Notes under the pieces: model-generated | The model's input: only the letters and a program-made list of their open reading frames with translations | What the model was told of the DNA's origin: nothing | The model's database searches: none | Made by a program: the position numbers and the translations under genes | From: an uncultured Bacteroidales bacterium | GTDB lineage: Bacteria > Bacteroidota > Bacteroidia > Bacteroidales > UBA12077 | DNA length: 64,000 nt | Assembly (NCBI GenBank): GCA_964450375.1 | Contig: CAYVEW010000001.1 | Location: 9,512-73,511 of the forward strand | Direction of reading: 5' to 3' | In this document: positions 40,018-48,663 of the stretch, piece after piece | Layout: each line of letters begins with the position of its first letter | How positions within the stretch are numbered: the stretch's first letter is position 1

Positions 40018-41670
40018 GTGATTAAGCTCTTCAAAATAATAAGCTTATTACTTTTATCGACTGTAGCATATTCGCAAGTTGCTGAGAATTGTTACAGATT
40101 ATATCTAACTGATAAAAACTACAATACATATGATCTAAATAATCCTGAAGAATTTCTCACAACAAAATCAATTAACAGGAGACTAAAACAAAACATAAGC
40201 CTGCAAATTAATGATTTACCGGTTAGCCAATTCTATCTTGACTCATTAAAAAAATTAGGATTAACTATTTTAAATAAATCAAAATGGTTAAATACCGTTG
40301 TTGTTTACACAAATGATATAGAGCTGATCGATACCATTGACTATTATGGTTTTATAAGAACTTTTCAAAAATCGACTAAAACGCTGGATAGTAATTCATT
40401 CAAAGATATCCTTGTGCGAAATGAAATGACGTTAACAAAAACAAAAGGTGACAATTACGATTACGGATTTGGATCAACACAGATTAGTATGGTAAACGGC
40501 CACACCTTGCATCGTTCGGGCTTCCGTGGTGAGAATATAAGCATTGCCATTATTGATGCCGGATTTTACAATGTTGATATTTTGCCTGCATTCGATAGTT
40601 TACGAATTAATAATCAGATATTAGGAACCAAAGATTTTGTGGATGGTGATACGCAGGTTTTTGATGCATCAAATCATGGTATGAAGGTGCTTTCTGTAAT
40701 GGCTTCGAATATACCGGGAGAATTAATCGGTACAGCACCTAAAGCTAATTATTGGTTACTTCGCTCTGAGGAAACATCGAGTGAATATTCTATCGAAGAA
40801 GACAATTGGGTTGCAGCTGCTGAGTTTGCAGATAGTGTTGGTGTCGATATTATTAATTCATCCTTAGGATACACCGAATTTGATGATCCATTGCAAAATT
40901 ATATTTACGAAAATTTAGACGGGAATACCACATTTATTACTAAAGCTGCTGATATTGCTGCATCGAAGGGAATTCTAGTAGTAAACAGCGCCGGAAATCT
41001 GGGCGATGATCCCTGGAAATATATTTCTGCACCTGCCGATGCGGATAGCATATTAACAGTTGGTGCTGTAGATTCTTTTGCTGCTTCAGTATATTTTAGT
41101 GGAATTGGACCAACATCCGACGGACGAATTAAACCAGATGTAACAGCAATGGGTTACCGGGCAGCAGTGCAAGGAAACGATGGTAACATTACTTTTTCGA
41201 ATGGAACTTCGTTCTCTGCTCCTATTATAAGCGGAATGGCAGCCTGTTTATGGCAGTATTTTCCAAATTTATCGAACATGGAAATTATTCATAAGATACA
41301 GGAAAGTGCCCATCAATATTCAAATCCCGATTACCAAATGGGTTATGGAATACCCGACTTTGGGAAAGCCGCCGGATTAGAGAATATTAACCTGATTTCG
41401 GTTATTAATAACGAAGCATTTATTAAAACATACCCTAACCCATTTACCGACAATATTACCATCGAATTTCTAATTAAGATTTCAGAACAAATAAATATCG
41501 AACTGTACAATTCAACCGGAGAAAAAATGCGCACTGAATTTGCTTATCCGAACACATATAAAACAACTATCATAATAAAAGATTTAGCACAATATTCTTC
41601 GGGAATATATTATCTTAAGATAAAAATTGGAGATTCGTACATAACAAAAACAATTTGCAAAATAAACTAA
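40018..41670 (+). CDS. S8 subtilisin-family serine peptidase with T9SS C-terminal sorting domain
   Basis: 550 aa, GTG start per the ORF track, with a signal peptide. Asp 'IAIIDAGF', His 'NHGMKVLS', Ser 'NGTSFSAPIISG'. C-terminus 'TYPNPFTDNITIEF...GIYYLKIKIG'. Confidence 0.85.
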   Translation: MIKLFKIISLLLLSTVAYSQVAENCYRLYLTDKNYNTYDLNNPEEFLTTKSINRRLKQNISLQINDLPVSQFYLDSLKKLGLTILNKSKWLNTVVVYTNDIELIDTIDYYGFIRTFQKSTKTLDSNSFKDILVRNEMTLTKTKGDNYDYGFGSTQISMVNGHTLHRSGFRGENISIAIIDAGFYNVDILPAFDSLRINNQILGTKDFVDGDTQVFDASNHGMKVLSVMASNIPGELIGTAPKANYWLLRSEETSSEYSIEEDNWVAAAEFADSVGVDIINSSLGYTEFDDPLQNYIYENLDGNTTFITKAADIAASKGILVVNSAGNLGDDPWKYISAPADADSILTVGAVDSFAASVYFSGIGPTSDGRIKPDVTAMGYRAAVQGNDGNITFSNGTSFSAPIISGMAACLWQYFPNLSNMEIIHKIQESAHQYSNPDYQMGYGIPDFGKAAGLENINLISVINNEAFIKTYPNPFTDNITIEFLIKISEQINIELYNSTGEKMRTEFAYPNTYKTTIIIKDLAQYSSGIYYLKIKIGDSYITKTICKIN

Positions 41671-41671
41671 G

Positions 41672-43060
41672 ATGCAAAAGCAACAGCTCACTCTGCTTGA
41701 GTTAAATACGAATGTACAGGAAACAATTAAAGAAAAGTTTTCTGATGCTGTGTGGGTAGTAGCCGAAATTAGTGAGCTAAAAATTAACCGGAACGGGCAT
41801 TGTTACCTGGAGCTAATAGAAAAAGATGCTATAAATGAGCATATTGTTGCCAAAGCAAGAGCAACCATTTGGGCATTTACTTTTAGAATGCTAAAACCCT
41901 ATTTCGAAACCACAACGGGCTATGAACTTAGCTCAGGCATTAAAGTGTTGCTTAAAGTAAATGTTGAATTCCACGAACTTTACGGATTTAGTCTGAATAT
42001 TATCGATATTGATCCTACCTACACCCTTGGTGATTTAGCAAGAAAGAAAGCTGAAATCATACATCGTTTAGAAGAAGATGGTGTAATAAATATGAATAAA
42101 GAATTAAACCTTCCACTACTTCCGCAAAGAATCGCCATTATTTCTTCAAAAACAGCTGCGGGTTATCAGGACTTTATGGATCAATTACTTAACAATCCAT
42201 ATAATTATAAATTCTATTTAAAATTGTTTCCTGCAATTATGCAAGGTCAGCAGGCCGAAGAATCAATTATATCTTCCTTAGAAAAAATATTCGACTACGA
42301 AGATTTTTTCGATCTGGTAGTTATTATCCGTGGTGGAGGCTCCCAATCTGATTTAAGCTGCTTCGATTCTTACCAAATGGCATCGAATGTTGCACAGTTT
42401 CCCCTGCCCGTTTTAACAGGTATTGGCCACGAAAAAGATGAGTCGGTTATTGACATTGTTGCCAACAAAAAATTAAAAACACCAACAGCAGTTGCTGAGT
42501 TTATTATTGATCAAGCATTGGAATTTGACCAAAAACTGAATTACTATAATGAAACAGCACTAGATCTGATCATCGATTATAATAAAAATCAAAACTTATT
42601 ACTTAACCAGTATAGTTCCTATCTTTCGCCATTGGTTAAGGCTAAAATCGAAAAACAAAATTCACACTTAGATATTATCACAGGAAAGGTTAAAAACCAC
42701 ATCTATACAAAAATTGAATTACAAGAATCAGATTTTAGAAGTTACATTAAAAGAATTCGATACCTTGCAAATAAATACATATATAACCAACAGTCAAAAC
42801 TAAAGCTAAATGGTAAAATCATCAATCAGAACTTACATTTTTATTTCGTGAATAACACTGCGGTGCTTAAACACATGGAAAGCCGCCTGGAGTTGCTAAA
42901 GCCCGAAAATATTTTAAAACGAGGCTACTCCATAACATACTTTAATAATAAAGTTGTTAAAGAACATGGCACATTAAAAGAAAAAGATGTGATAATAACC
43001 AAACTTTTTAAAGGTTATTTACGTAGTACCATCCAAAGTAAATCAGATAAAAAGCAATAG
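41672..43060 (+). CDS. xseA: Exodeoxyribonuclease VII large subunit
   Basis: 462 aa. OB-fold start 'VWVVAEISELKINRNGHCYLELIEKD', 'RIAIISSKTAAGYQDF', 'IIRGGGSQSDLSCFD' and 'TGIGHEKDESV'. It starts 1 nt after the S8 peptidase stop. Confidence 0.92.
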   Translation: MQKQQLTLLELNTNVQETIKEKFSDAVWVVAEISELKINRNGHCYLELIEKDAINEHIVAKARATIWAFTFRMLKPYFETTTGYELSSGIKVLLKVNVEFHELYGFSLNIIDIDPTYTLGDLARKKAEIIHRLEEDGVINMNKELNLPLLPQRIAIISSKTAAGYQDFMDQLLNNPYNYKFYLKLFPAIMQGQQAEESIISSLEKIFDYEDFFDLVVIIRGGGSQSDLSCFDSYQMASNVAQFPLPVLTGIGHEKDESVIDIVANKKLKTPTAVAEFIIDQALEFDQKLNYYNETALDLIIDYNKNQNLLLNQYSSYLSPLVKAKIEKQNSHLDIITGKVKNHIYTKIELQESDFRSYIKRIRYLANKYIYNQQSKLKLNGKIINQNLHFYFVNNTAVLKHMESRLELLKPENILKRGYSITYFNNKVVKEHGTLKEKDVIITKLFKGYLRSTIQSKSDKKQ

Positions 43061-43139
43061 CAAGTTTTAAATGAGATCATTGCATTTTTTATATGATGAT
43101 TTTTTTTTAACTTGACTTAATATTTCAGACTAATAAATA

Positions 43140-45446
43140 ATGTTTGTACAAAAACGGATCTTAAGCTTAACGATAATCATTTTCTTTTCATTCTTTTCTT
43201 TTGCGCAAGAGTCTAGATCAGTTATTGATAGTCTTTTGAACGAACTCAAGAAAGCAGACAATAATTCGAAAATCGAAATTCTTAACTCGCTATCGATGCG
43301 ATATTGGGATTTTTCGTTGGACAGCAGTTTCTATTTTGCCAACGAAGCGCTCAATTTAGGACACATTGAACAGAATAAGCAAGGAATTTCGAATGCTTAT
43401 AACCGAATTGGAAATGTATATACTTTTCAGAACGAACACGAAAAAGCCCTTGAATTTTATCAAAAAAGTCTGGACATAAGACTTGAAATTGGAGATTCAA
43501 AGGGAATTTCAAATATCTACAACAATATAGCCATCGTTTATTTTAACCAAAATCAACTAGGAATAGCCCTGGATTATTACTATAAAGCACTAAAAGAAAG
43601 TCAGCAAAGAAACGATAAAAATGATATTGCGGCATACTACAGTTCGGTTGCAGTTATATATTATAATTTAAACGATTATAAAAATGCAATTAAGAATTTT
43701 ACCCTATCCATGGAGCTAGCAAAGGAATTAAACAACGAAATAGGGCTGGCAAGAATTTACAATCAGTTAGGGAATATATATGTTGATATTTCTGGTTACG
43801 AAGAAGCTTTGTCTTATTTTCTGGATGCATTAGAGATTTTTGAGCAACACGATAATAAAGCCGGAGTGTCCATGCTTTATAACAATTTAGGAATTGTTTA
43901 CCAGAGATTGAAAGAAAACAATAAAGCACTTGAGTATTACCAAAAAGCACTTTCGATGGATCGGGCATCCGGAAATAAAGAAGGACAAGCCAGTGCGCTG
44001 AATAATATTGGAATAGCCTATGACAACAAAGGCGATAAAGAAAAAGCACTGGATTATTATAATCAAGCATTAAGTATTAACAAGGAACTGGGAATTAAAG
44101 ATGGTATCTCCACAGCTTTAAATAACATCGGACTAATTTATTTAGATCTGGGCGATTACAAAAAAGCTTATTCGAACCTATTAGAATCGACAAATATCAG
44201 TCGCGAATTAAACGATCGACATGGCTTATCGAACAATTACAATAATCTTGCGAATTTATTCCTACAGCAAAAAAATTATACCGAAGCCCAAAAGTATTTG
44301 GGTATGGCGGCCGAACTGGCAAAGAAAACAAATGCAAAAGATTTTTTGGTTGAGTCGTATGAACTATACTCTAAGTTATATGGCGAACAAGGGAATTATA
44401 AAAAATCATTAGAATATTATAAGCTATATTCAGAACTGAATGATAGTATTTTTGAAATAACAAACTCGAACAAAATAGCCGAATTAAAAGTAAAGTTCGA
44501 CACCGAATATCTTGAAGCAGAAAATGAAATCCTGAAAAAGGATAACGAAATTCATTTACTCGAATTGGAAAGGCAAAAAAACATCAAAAATTATTGGATT
44601 GGGTTTTCCATTTTAATATTAGCTTTAGCCATTCTGGGTTTTAACCAGGTAAGATTAAAGAAAAAAACAAATGTTCTTTTAGAAAGTAAAAACGACTTAT
44701 TAAAAGAAGCAAATCAAAAGTTAATGGAGTCGGAAAATAGCCTGAAAGAGTTAAATGCAACGAAAGATAAGTTTTTCTCAATTATAGCTCACGATTTAAA
44801 AAACCCGTTTCAATCCTTGTTAGGTTTTTCCGAAGCCCTATACAATAACTACAATGAACTGGAAAGCGAAGATATTATTGAATACTCCAAACTAATATTC
44901 GAGTCTTCGCAAAATCTGTTTAACCTGTTAAGCAACCTATTACAATGGTCGAAATCGCAACTTGGAAGCATAAATATATCACCACAAAAAATCAATTTAT
45001 ACGATTCGTTAGAAGATATTTTATCGCTGCATAGAGTAACTGCCGATAGTAAGAATATACACATCAAGAATCTTATTGATGAAAAAACAGAAATTATTGT
45101 TGATAAACATGTAATATCAACCATTTTAAGAAACCTGATTAGTAATGCAATTAAATTTACGAACAAAGGTGGCGAAATAATTATTTCATCGCACATTGAA
45201 AACAATAGTGTGAAAGTTTCTGTTAAAGATAATGGTAAAGGTATTCATCCGGAAGATATGCCTAAGTTATTTAAAATTAATGAAGAATTCTCGACCAAAG
45301 GTACCGAGAATGAATCGGGTACAGGATTAGGCCTAATTCTATGTAAAGAACTGATTACGCAATGTGACGGTGAGATACATGTGGATAGCGAACCAGGAAA
45401 AGGCAGTAATTTTACTTTTGTATTACCCTTAGAATCTGTTCAATAG
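43140..45446 (+). CDS. TPR-repeat sensor histidine kinase (orphan; paralogue 1)
   Basis: 768 aa. Signal peptide (FSFAQE), about 10 TPR-like units, coiled coil, TM helix (WIGFSILILALAILGF). H-box 'FFSIIAHDLKNPF', N-box 'LRNLISNAIKFT' and G-boxes 'DNGKGI' and 'GTGLGL'. Confidence 0.85.
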   Translation: MFVQKRILSLTIIIFFSFFSFAQESRSVIDSLLNELKKADNNSKIEILNSLSMRYWDFSLDSSFYFANEALNLGHIEQNKQGISNAYNRIGNVYTFQNEHEKALEFYQKSLDIRLEIGDSKGISNIYNNIAIVYFNQNQLGIALDYYYKALKESQQRNDKNDIAAYYSSVAVIYYNLNDYKNAIKNFTLSMELAKELNNEIGLARIYNQLGNIYVDISGYEEALSYFLDALEIFEQHDNKAGVSMLYNNLGIVYQRLKENNKALEYYQKALSMDRASGNKEGQASALNNIGIAYDNKGDKEKALDYYNQALSINKELGIKDGISTALNNIGLIYLDLGDYKKAYSNLLESTNISRELNDRHGLSNNYNNLANLFLQQKNYTEAQKYLGMAAELAKKTNAKDFLVESYELYSKLYGEQGNYKKSLEYYKLYSELNDSIFEITNSNKIAELKVKFDTEYLEAENEILKKDNEIHLLELERQKNIKNYWIGFSILILALAILGFNQVRLKKKTNVLLESKNDLLKEANQKLMESENSLKELNATKDKFFSIIAHDLKNPFQSLLGFSEALYNNYNELESEDIIEYSKLIFESSQNLFNLLSNLLQWSKSQLGSINISPQKINLYDSLEDILSLHRVTADSKNIHIKNLIDEKTEIIVDKHVISTILRNLISNAIKFTNKGGEIIISSHIENNSVKVSVKDNGKGIHPEDMPKLFKINEEFSTKGTENESGTGLGLILCKELITQCDGEIHVDSEPGKGSNFTFVLPLESVQ

Positions 45447-45510
45447 TAAATATTCATTTTTTTTCTTATTTTGCCCTGTCTTTTCATCAGTTGAAAATAG
45501 ATTTTCGCAT

Positions 45511-48447
45511 ATGAAACATTTTAAAAAGTATATTATTTCCTTTCTCATACTTTTTATTAGTAGTAACGCTTTTTCGGTATTTGCTAATCAAAATGTTATT
45601 GATAGCCTGGAAAAATCATTAAGTCAACTCGACGAACCTGAATCAATACCCGTTCAGCTAGAACTTTCCAGATTATACTTAACAGTCAATTTAAGAAAAA
45701 GCTTAAACTATAGCGGCAGAGCGCTCGAACTATCCAAAAAATATAGCGACGAAGAATTAATTGCACGATCGAACCTTAACATTGCCAATGCCTATTTTGA
45801 AATGAGCCGCTTTCAATCGGCTATTGAATTTTACGAAAAAGCACTCGACTATTATTTCGATCAACGATCCCCGGATAATAAAATATATATCTACACGCGG
45901 CTGGGCGATTGCGAAAAAATGCTCAGTAATTATAACAATGCATTATTTTATTATCAAAAACCATTAAATCTTTATTTAGTTGAAAATAAAAATAAGATTT
46001 CTGATGCCTATAATAACATCGGTATTATTTATAAATTCTTAAATAATTTCGATCAATCAATGCATTATCATCAGCTGGCATTAAATGAATCGAATTTAAG
46101 TAATAATCAGCAAGAGATTGCAAACACCTTAAAAAATATCGGAAGCTTGTACTGGCATAAGAGTTTATACGACAGTTCCCTGGTTTATTTTGAGAAATCA
46201 CTTGAACTATATCGCGAACTGGCAGATACATTGGGGGAAGCCAATATTTTAAATAACCTGGGAACTATCTATAAAAATTTGGGAGATTTCCAGAAAGCGC
46301 TCGATTATAATAAAAAAGCGCTCGAATTGAGAACTTTTGTGGGTAAAAAGAAAGAAATTGCGAACTCGTTAAATTCGATAGGTAGTATCTATTTAGCAAC
46401 AAATGACCTTAACAATGCTTTGATTTTTTATCAAAATGCACTTGAGATTCGATTAGAGATTGAAGATATCATGGGAATTGCAAACTCTCAAAATAACCTT
46501 TCGTTGGTTTATCGCCGAAAAGATGATTATAACACCGCTCTGGAATACCTGAATAAATCCTTAAGAAATTATCAAAACATTGGAAATAAATCATCCATTG
46601 CAAATGCCATCAATCAAATCGGGAACATTCAGAAAAGATTGCAGCAGTACGATTTAGCTTTAAAAAGTTATCTGGATGCCATAAAAATCCGACAAGAAAT
46701 AAATGATAGAAACGAAATTGCATCTATTCTGCTAAATATCGGAATTATTTATAGTGATATCGGCAATTATTCCAAAGCACTCGAAACTTTTAATCGGAAT
46801 CTTGAAATAAAAAGAGAATACGGAAATAGGATAGAAATTTCATACAGCCTGCATATAATTGGAAATACACACCTTATGCTAAAGGAGTATAGCAAAGCAT
46901 TAGGATTTTATCAGGAAGCTCTTCAGTTACGAAAAGAAACCGGTGATAAGATGAATATTGCAACATCCTTAAAAAGCATAGGTAACACCCAACTTTATTT
47001 GGGAAATTACGAAGAATCAATACAAAACCTTCTGGATGCTAAAAAAATGCGGGAAGAAATTGGAGATGTAAAAGGAACCAGCGAGGTGCTTAATGATATC
47101 GGCAATTTTTATATACAAACAAAACAAAATGAGAAAGCGCTGGAGAATTATTATAAAACAATTGAATTAACTAATAAAACAAACGATTTATATCTGAACG
47201 CTTTAAGCAAAAGAAAAATTGGTGTTTTATTAATCGAAATGAATCAAAACGAAAAAGGACTGGAATTTATTTACGAATCTTTACAAATAGGACAAACGAT
47301 AGACAATTTGGAACTTATTAAATACGCTTATTACGAGCTTTTTAGTTACTATAATAAGTTTAAAGATAAGACAAGAGCACTCGAAAATTATATTAACTAC
47401 ACAACAATTAAAGATTCAATCGATGCCCGGCTCAATTCCCAACGATTAGTTGAAATACAAATGAACTTTGAATTAGAAGAAAGTCAAAGCGAAATATCGC
47501 GTATCGAAAACGAAATATCGCAGTTAACAGCCGAAAATAAAATCAGAGAGTTAGAATTAAAGAAGCAAAAGAATGTACGTAACTTATTATCAATCATTAT
47601 TATTTTAACTCTTGGCTTTGGAGGAATTATCTTTATCCAATATCTAAATAAACGAAAAACAAACATCCTTTTAAAAGAAAAAATTGATGAAGTTGATCAA
47701 TCGAATCGACTACTAAAAGAATCGGAAGAAAATTTGCAGATACTAAACGCAACAAAAGATAAGTTTTTCTCAATTATCGCACACGACCTGCGGAATCCAT
47801 TTAATGCTCTTCATGGATTAACACAGCATCTGCTAAATAATTTTGAAAGTTTTACTAACGAAGAAGTTAAAGAGTCACTTGATTTGATCTACAATTCTGC
47901 CGATGATTTGTTGGAACTTCTGGAAAACCTTCTTCATTGGTCGCGCACACAACGTGGAAAAATAAAATTTTCTCCGATTGAATTTAATTTATCCGAAATG
48001 GTTGATAAGAATTTTAATCTCCTAAGCATGAATGCGAAGAAAAAAGAGATTAATCTAGTGAACGAAATTGATGATAACTTTCTGATATATGCCGATTACG
48101 ACATGGTAATGGCCATTCTGAGAAACCTGATATCGAATGCCATAAAATTTTCACACACGAATAGTTATGTACGTATTCATGCCGACCAAAACAATGATTT
48201 CTACCAGGTTAGCGTTATGGATAACGGAATTGGAATTAGTAAAGATGATATTTCGAAATTATTCCGAATTGATGTTCACTATTCTACATCAGGCACTTCA
48301 GAAGAGCAAGGCAGTGGATTAGGACTCATTTTATGCAAAGAGTTTGTTGACAAACATCACGGAAAAATATGGGTAGAAAGTGAGCCCGGTAAAGGAAGTA
48401 TTTTTAAATTTACACTATCAAAAAAGATTGAAAATCAAAATGGCTAA
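45511..48447 (+). CDS. TPR-repeat sensor histidine kinase (orphan; paralogue 2)
   Basis: 978 aa with the same architecture but more TPR units. TM helix 'LLSIIIILTLGFGGIIFIQYL', H-box 'FFSIIAHDLRNPF', 'LRNLISNAIKFS', 'DNGIGI' and 'GSGLGL'. Confidence 0.85.
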   Translation: MKHFKKYIISFLILFISSNAFSVFANQNVIDSLEKSLSQLDEPESIPVQLELSRLYLTVNLRKSLNYSGRALELSKKYSDEELIARSNLNIANAYFEMSRFQSAIEFYEKALDYYFDQRSPDNKIYIYTRLGDCEKMLSNYNNALFYYQKPLNLYLVENKNKISDAYNNIGIIYKFLNNFDQSMHYHQLALNESNLSNNQQEIANTLKNIGSLYWHKSLYDSSLVYFEKSLELYRELADTLGEANILNNLGTIYKNLGDFQKALDYNKKALELRTFVGKKKEIANSLNSIGSIYLATNDLNNALIFYQNALEIRLEIEDIMGIANSQNNLSLVYRRKDDYNTALEYLNKSLRNYQNIGNKSSIANAINQIGNIQKRLQQYDLALKSYLDAIKIRQEINDRNEIASILLNIGIIYSDIGNYSKALETFNRNLEIKREYGNRIEISYSLHIIGNTHLMLKEYSKALGFYQEALQLRKETGDKMNIATSLKSIGNTQLYLGNYEESIQNLLDAKKMREEIGDVKGTSEVLNDIGNFYIQTKQNEKALENYYKTIELTNKTNDLYLNALSKRKIGVLLIEMNQNEKGLEFIYESLQIGQTIDNLELIKYAYYELFSYYNKFKDKTRALENYINYTTIKDSIDARLNSQRLVEIQMNFELEESQSEISRIENEISQLTAENKIRELELKKQKNVRNLLSIIIILTLGFGGIIFIQYLNKRKTNILLKEKIDEVDQSNRLLKESEENLQILNATKDKFFSIIAHDLRNPFNALHGLTQHLLNNFESFTNEEVKESLDLIYNSADDLLELLENLLHWSRTQRGKIKFSPIEFNLSEMVDKNFNLLSMNAKKKEINLVNEIDDNFLIYADYDMVMAILRNLISNAIKFSHTNSYVRIHADQNNDFYQVSVMDNGIGISKDDISKLFRIDVHYSTSGTSEEQGSGLGLILCKEFVDKHHGKIWVESEPGKGSIFKFTLSKKIENQNG

Positions 48448-48640
48448 AAAAGAAATAAAATACAGTGAAGCATTAAATGAAATTGAAGAAATTATTCAAT
48501 TAATTGAAAATGAAGAACTCGACTTGGATGATTTATCGGAAAAAGTAAAAAGAGTAACTTCTTTGATAAAATTATGCAAAAAGAAGCTTCACGAAACCGA
48601 AAGCGATATTCAAAAAGTACTTGACGAAATGGAAGAATAA
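48440..48640 (+). CDS. xseB: Exodeoxyribonuclease VII small subunit
   Basis: 66 aa starting at the internal Met of track ORF 48380-48640: MAKKEIKYSEALNEIEEIIQLIENEELDLDDLSEKVKRVTSLIKLCKKKLHETESDIQKVL. This is the typical XseB length and helical-hairpin pattern. The ATG at 48440 overlaps the kinase stop (48445-48447). Confidence 0.85.
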   Translation: MAKKEIKYSEALNEIEEIIQLIENEELDLDDLSEKVKRVTSLIKLCKKKLHETESDIQKVLDEMEE

Positions 48641-48641
48641 A

Positions 48642-48663
48642 AAAAGTCGGAAGACCGACTTTT
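48642..48663. terminator. Bidirectional hairpin terminator between convergent xseB and aspA
   Basis: AAAAGTCGG / CCGACTTTT with loop AAGA. The A/T runs on both sides are shared by both strands. Confidence 0.6.

Noticed and set aside
43061-43139. Weak hairpin ATCAT...ATGAT followed by T8 after xseA, as a possible terminator
   Set aside because: The stem is only 5 AT-rich bp with a long loop. That is insufficient to claim xseA is transcriptionally insulated from the kinases.
43699-44070. 123-aa ORF antisense to TPR-kinase 1, plus a second antisense ORF of 118 aa at 44849-45205
   Set aside because: Both lie entirely inside a well-supported kinase gene on the opposite strand. Their composition is odd (Leu/Tyr/Cys/Phe-rich), there is no start context and no recognisable motif. 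They are probably frame artefacts of the repetitive TPR codon pattern.
48380-48439. Upstream extension of xseB to the ATG at 48380 (86-aa version in the ORF track)
   Set aside because: The extra 20 codons lie inside the kinase C-terminus in another frame. The Met at 48440 gives the canonical ~66-aa XseB.
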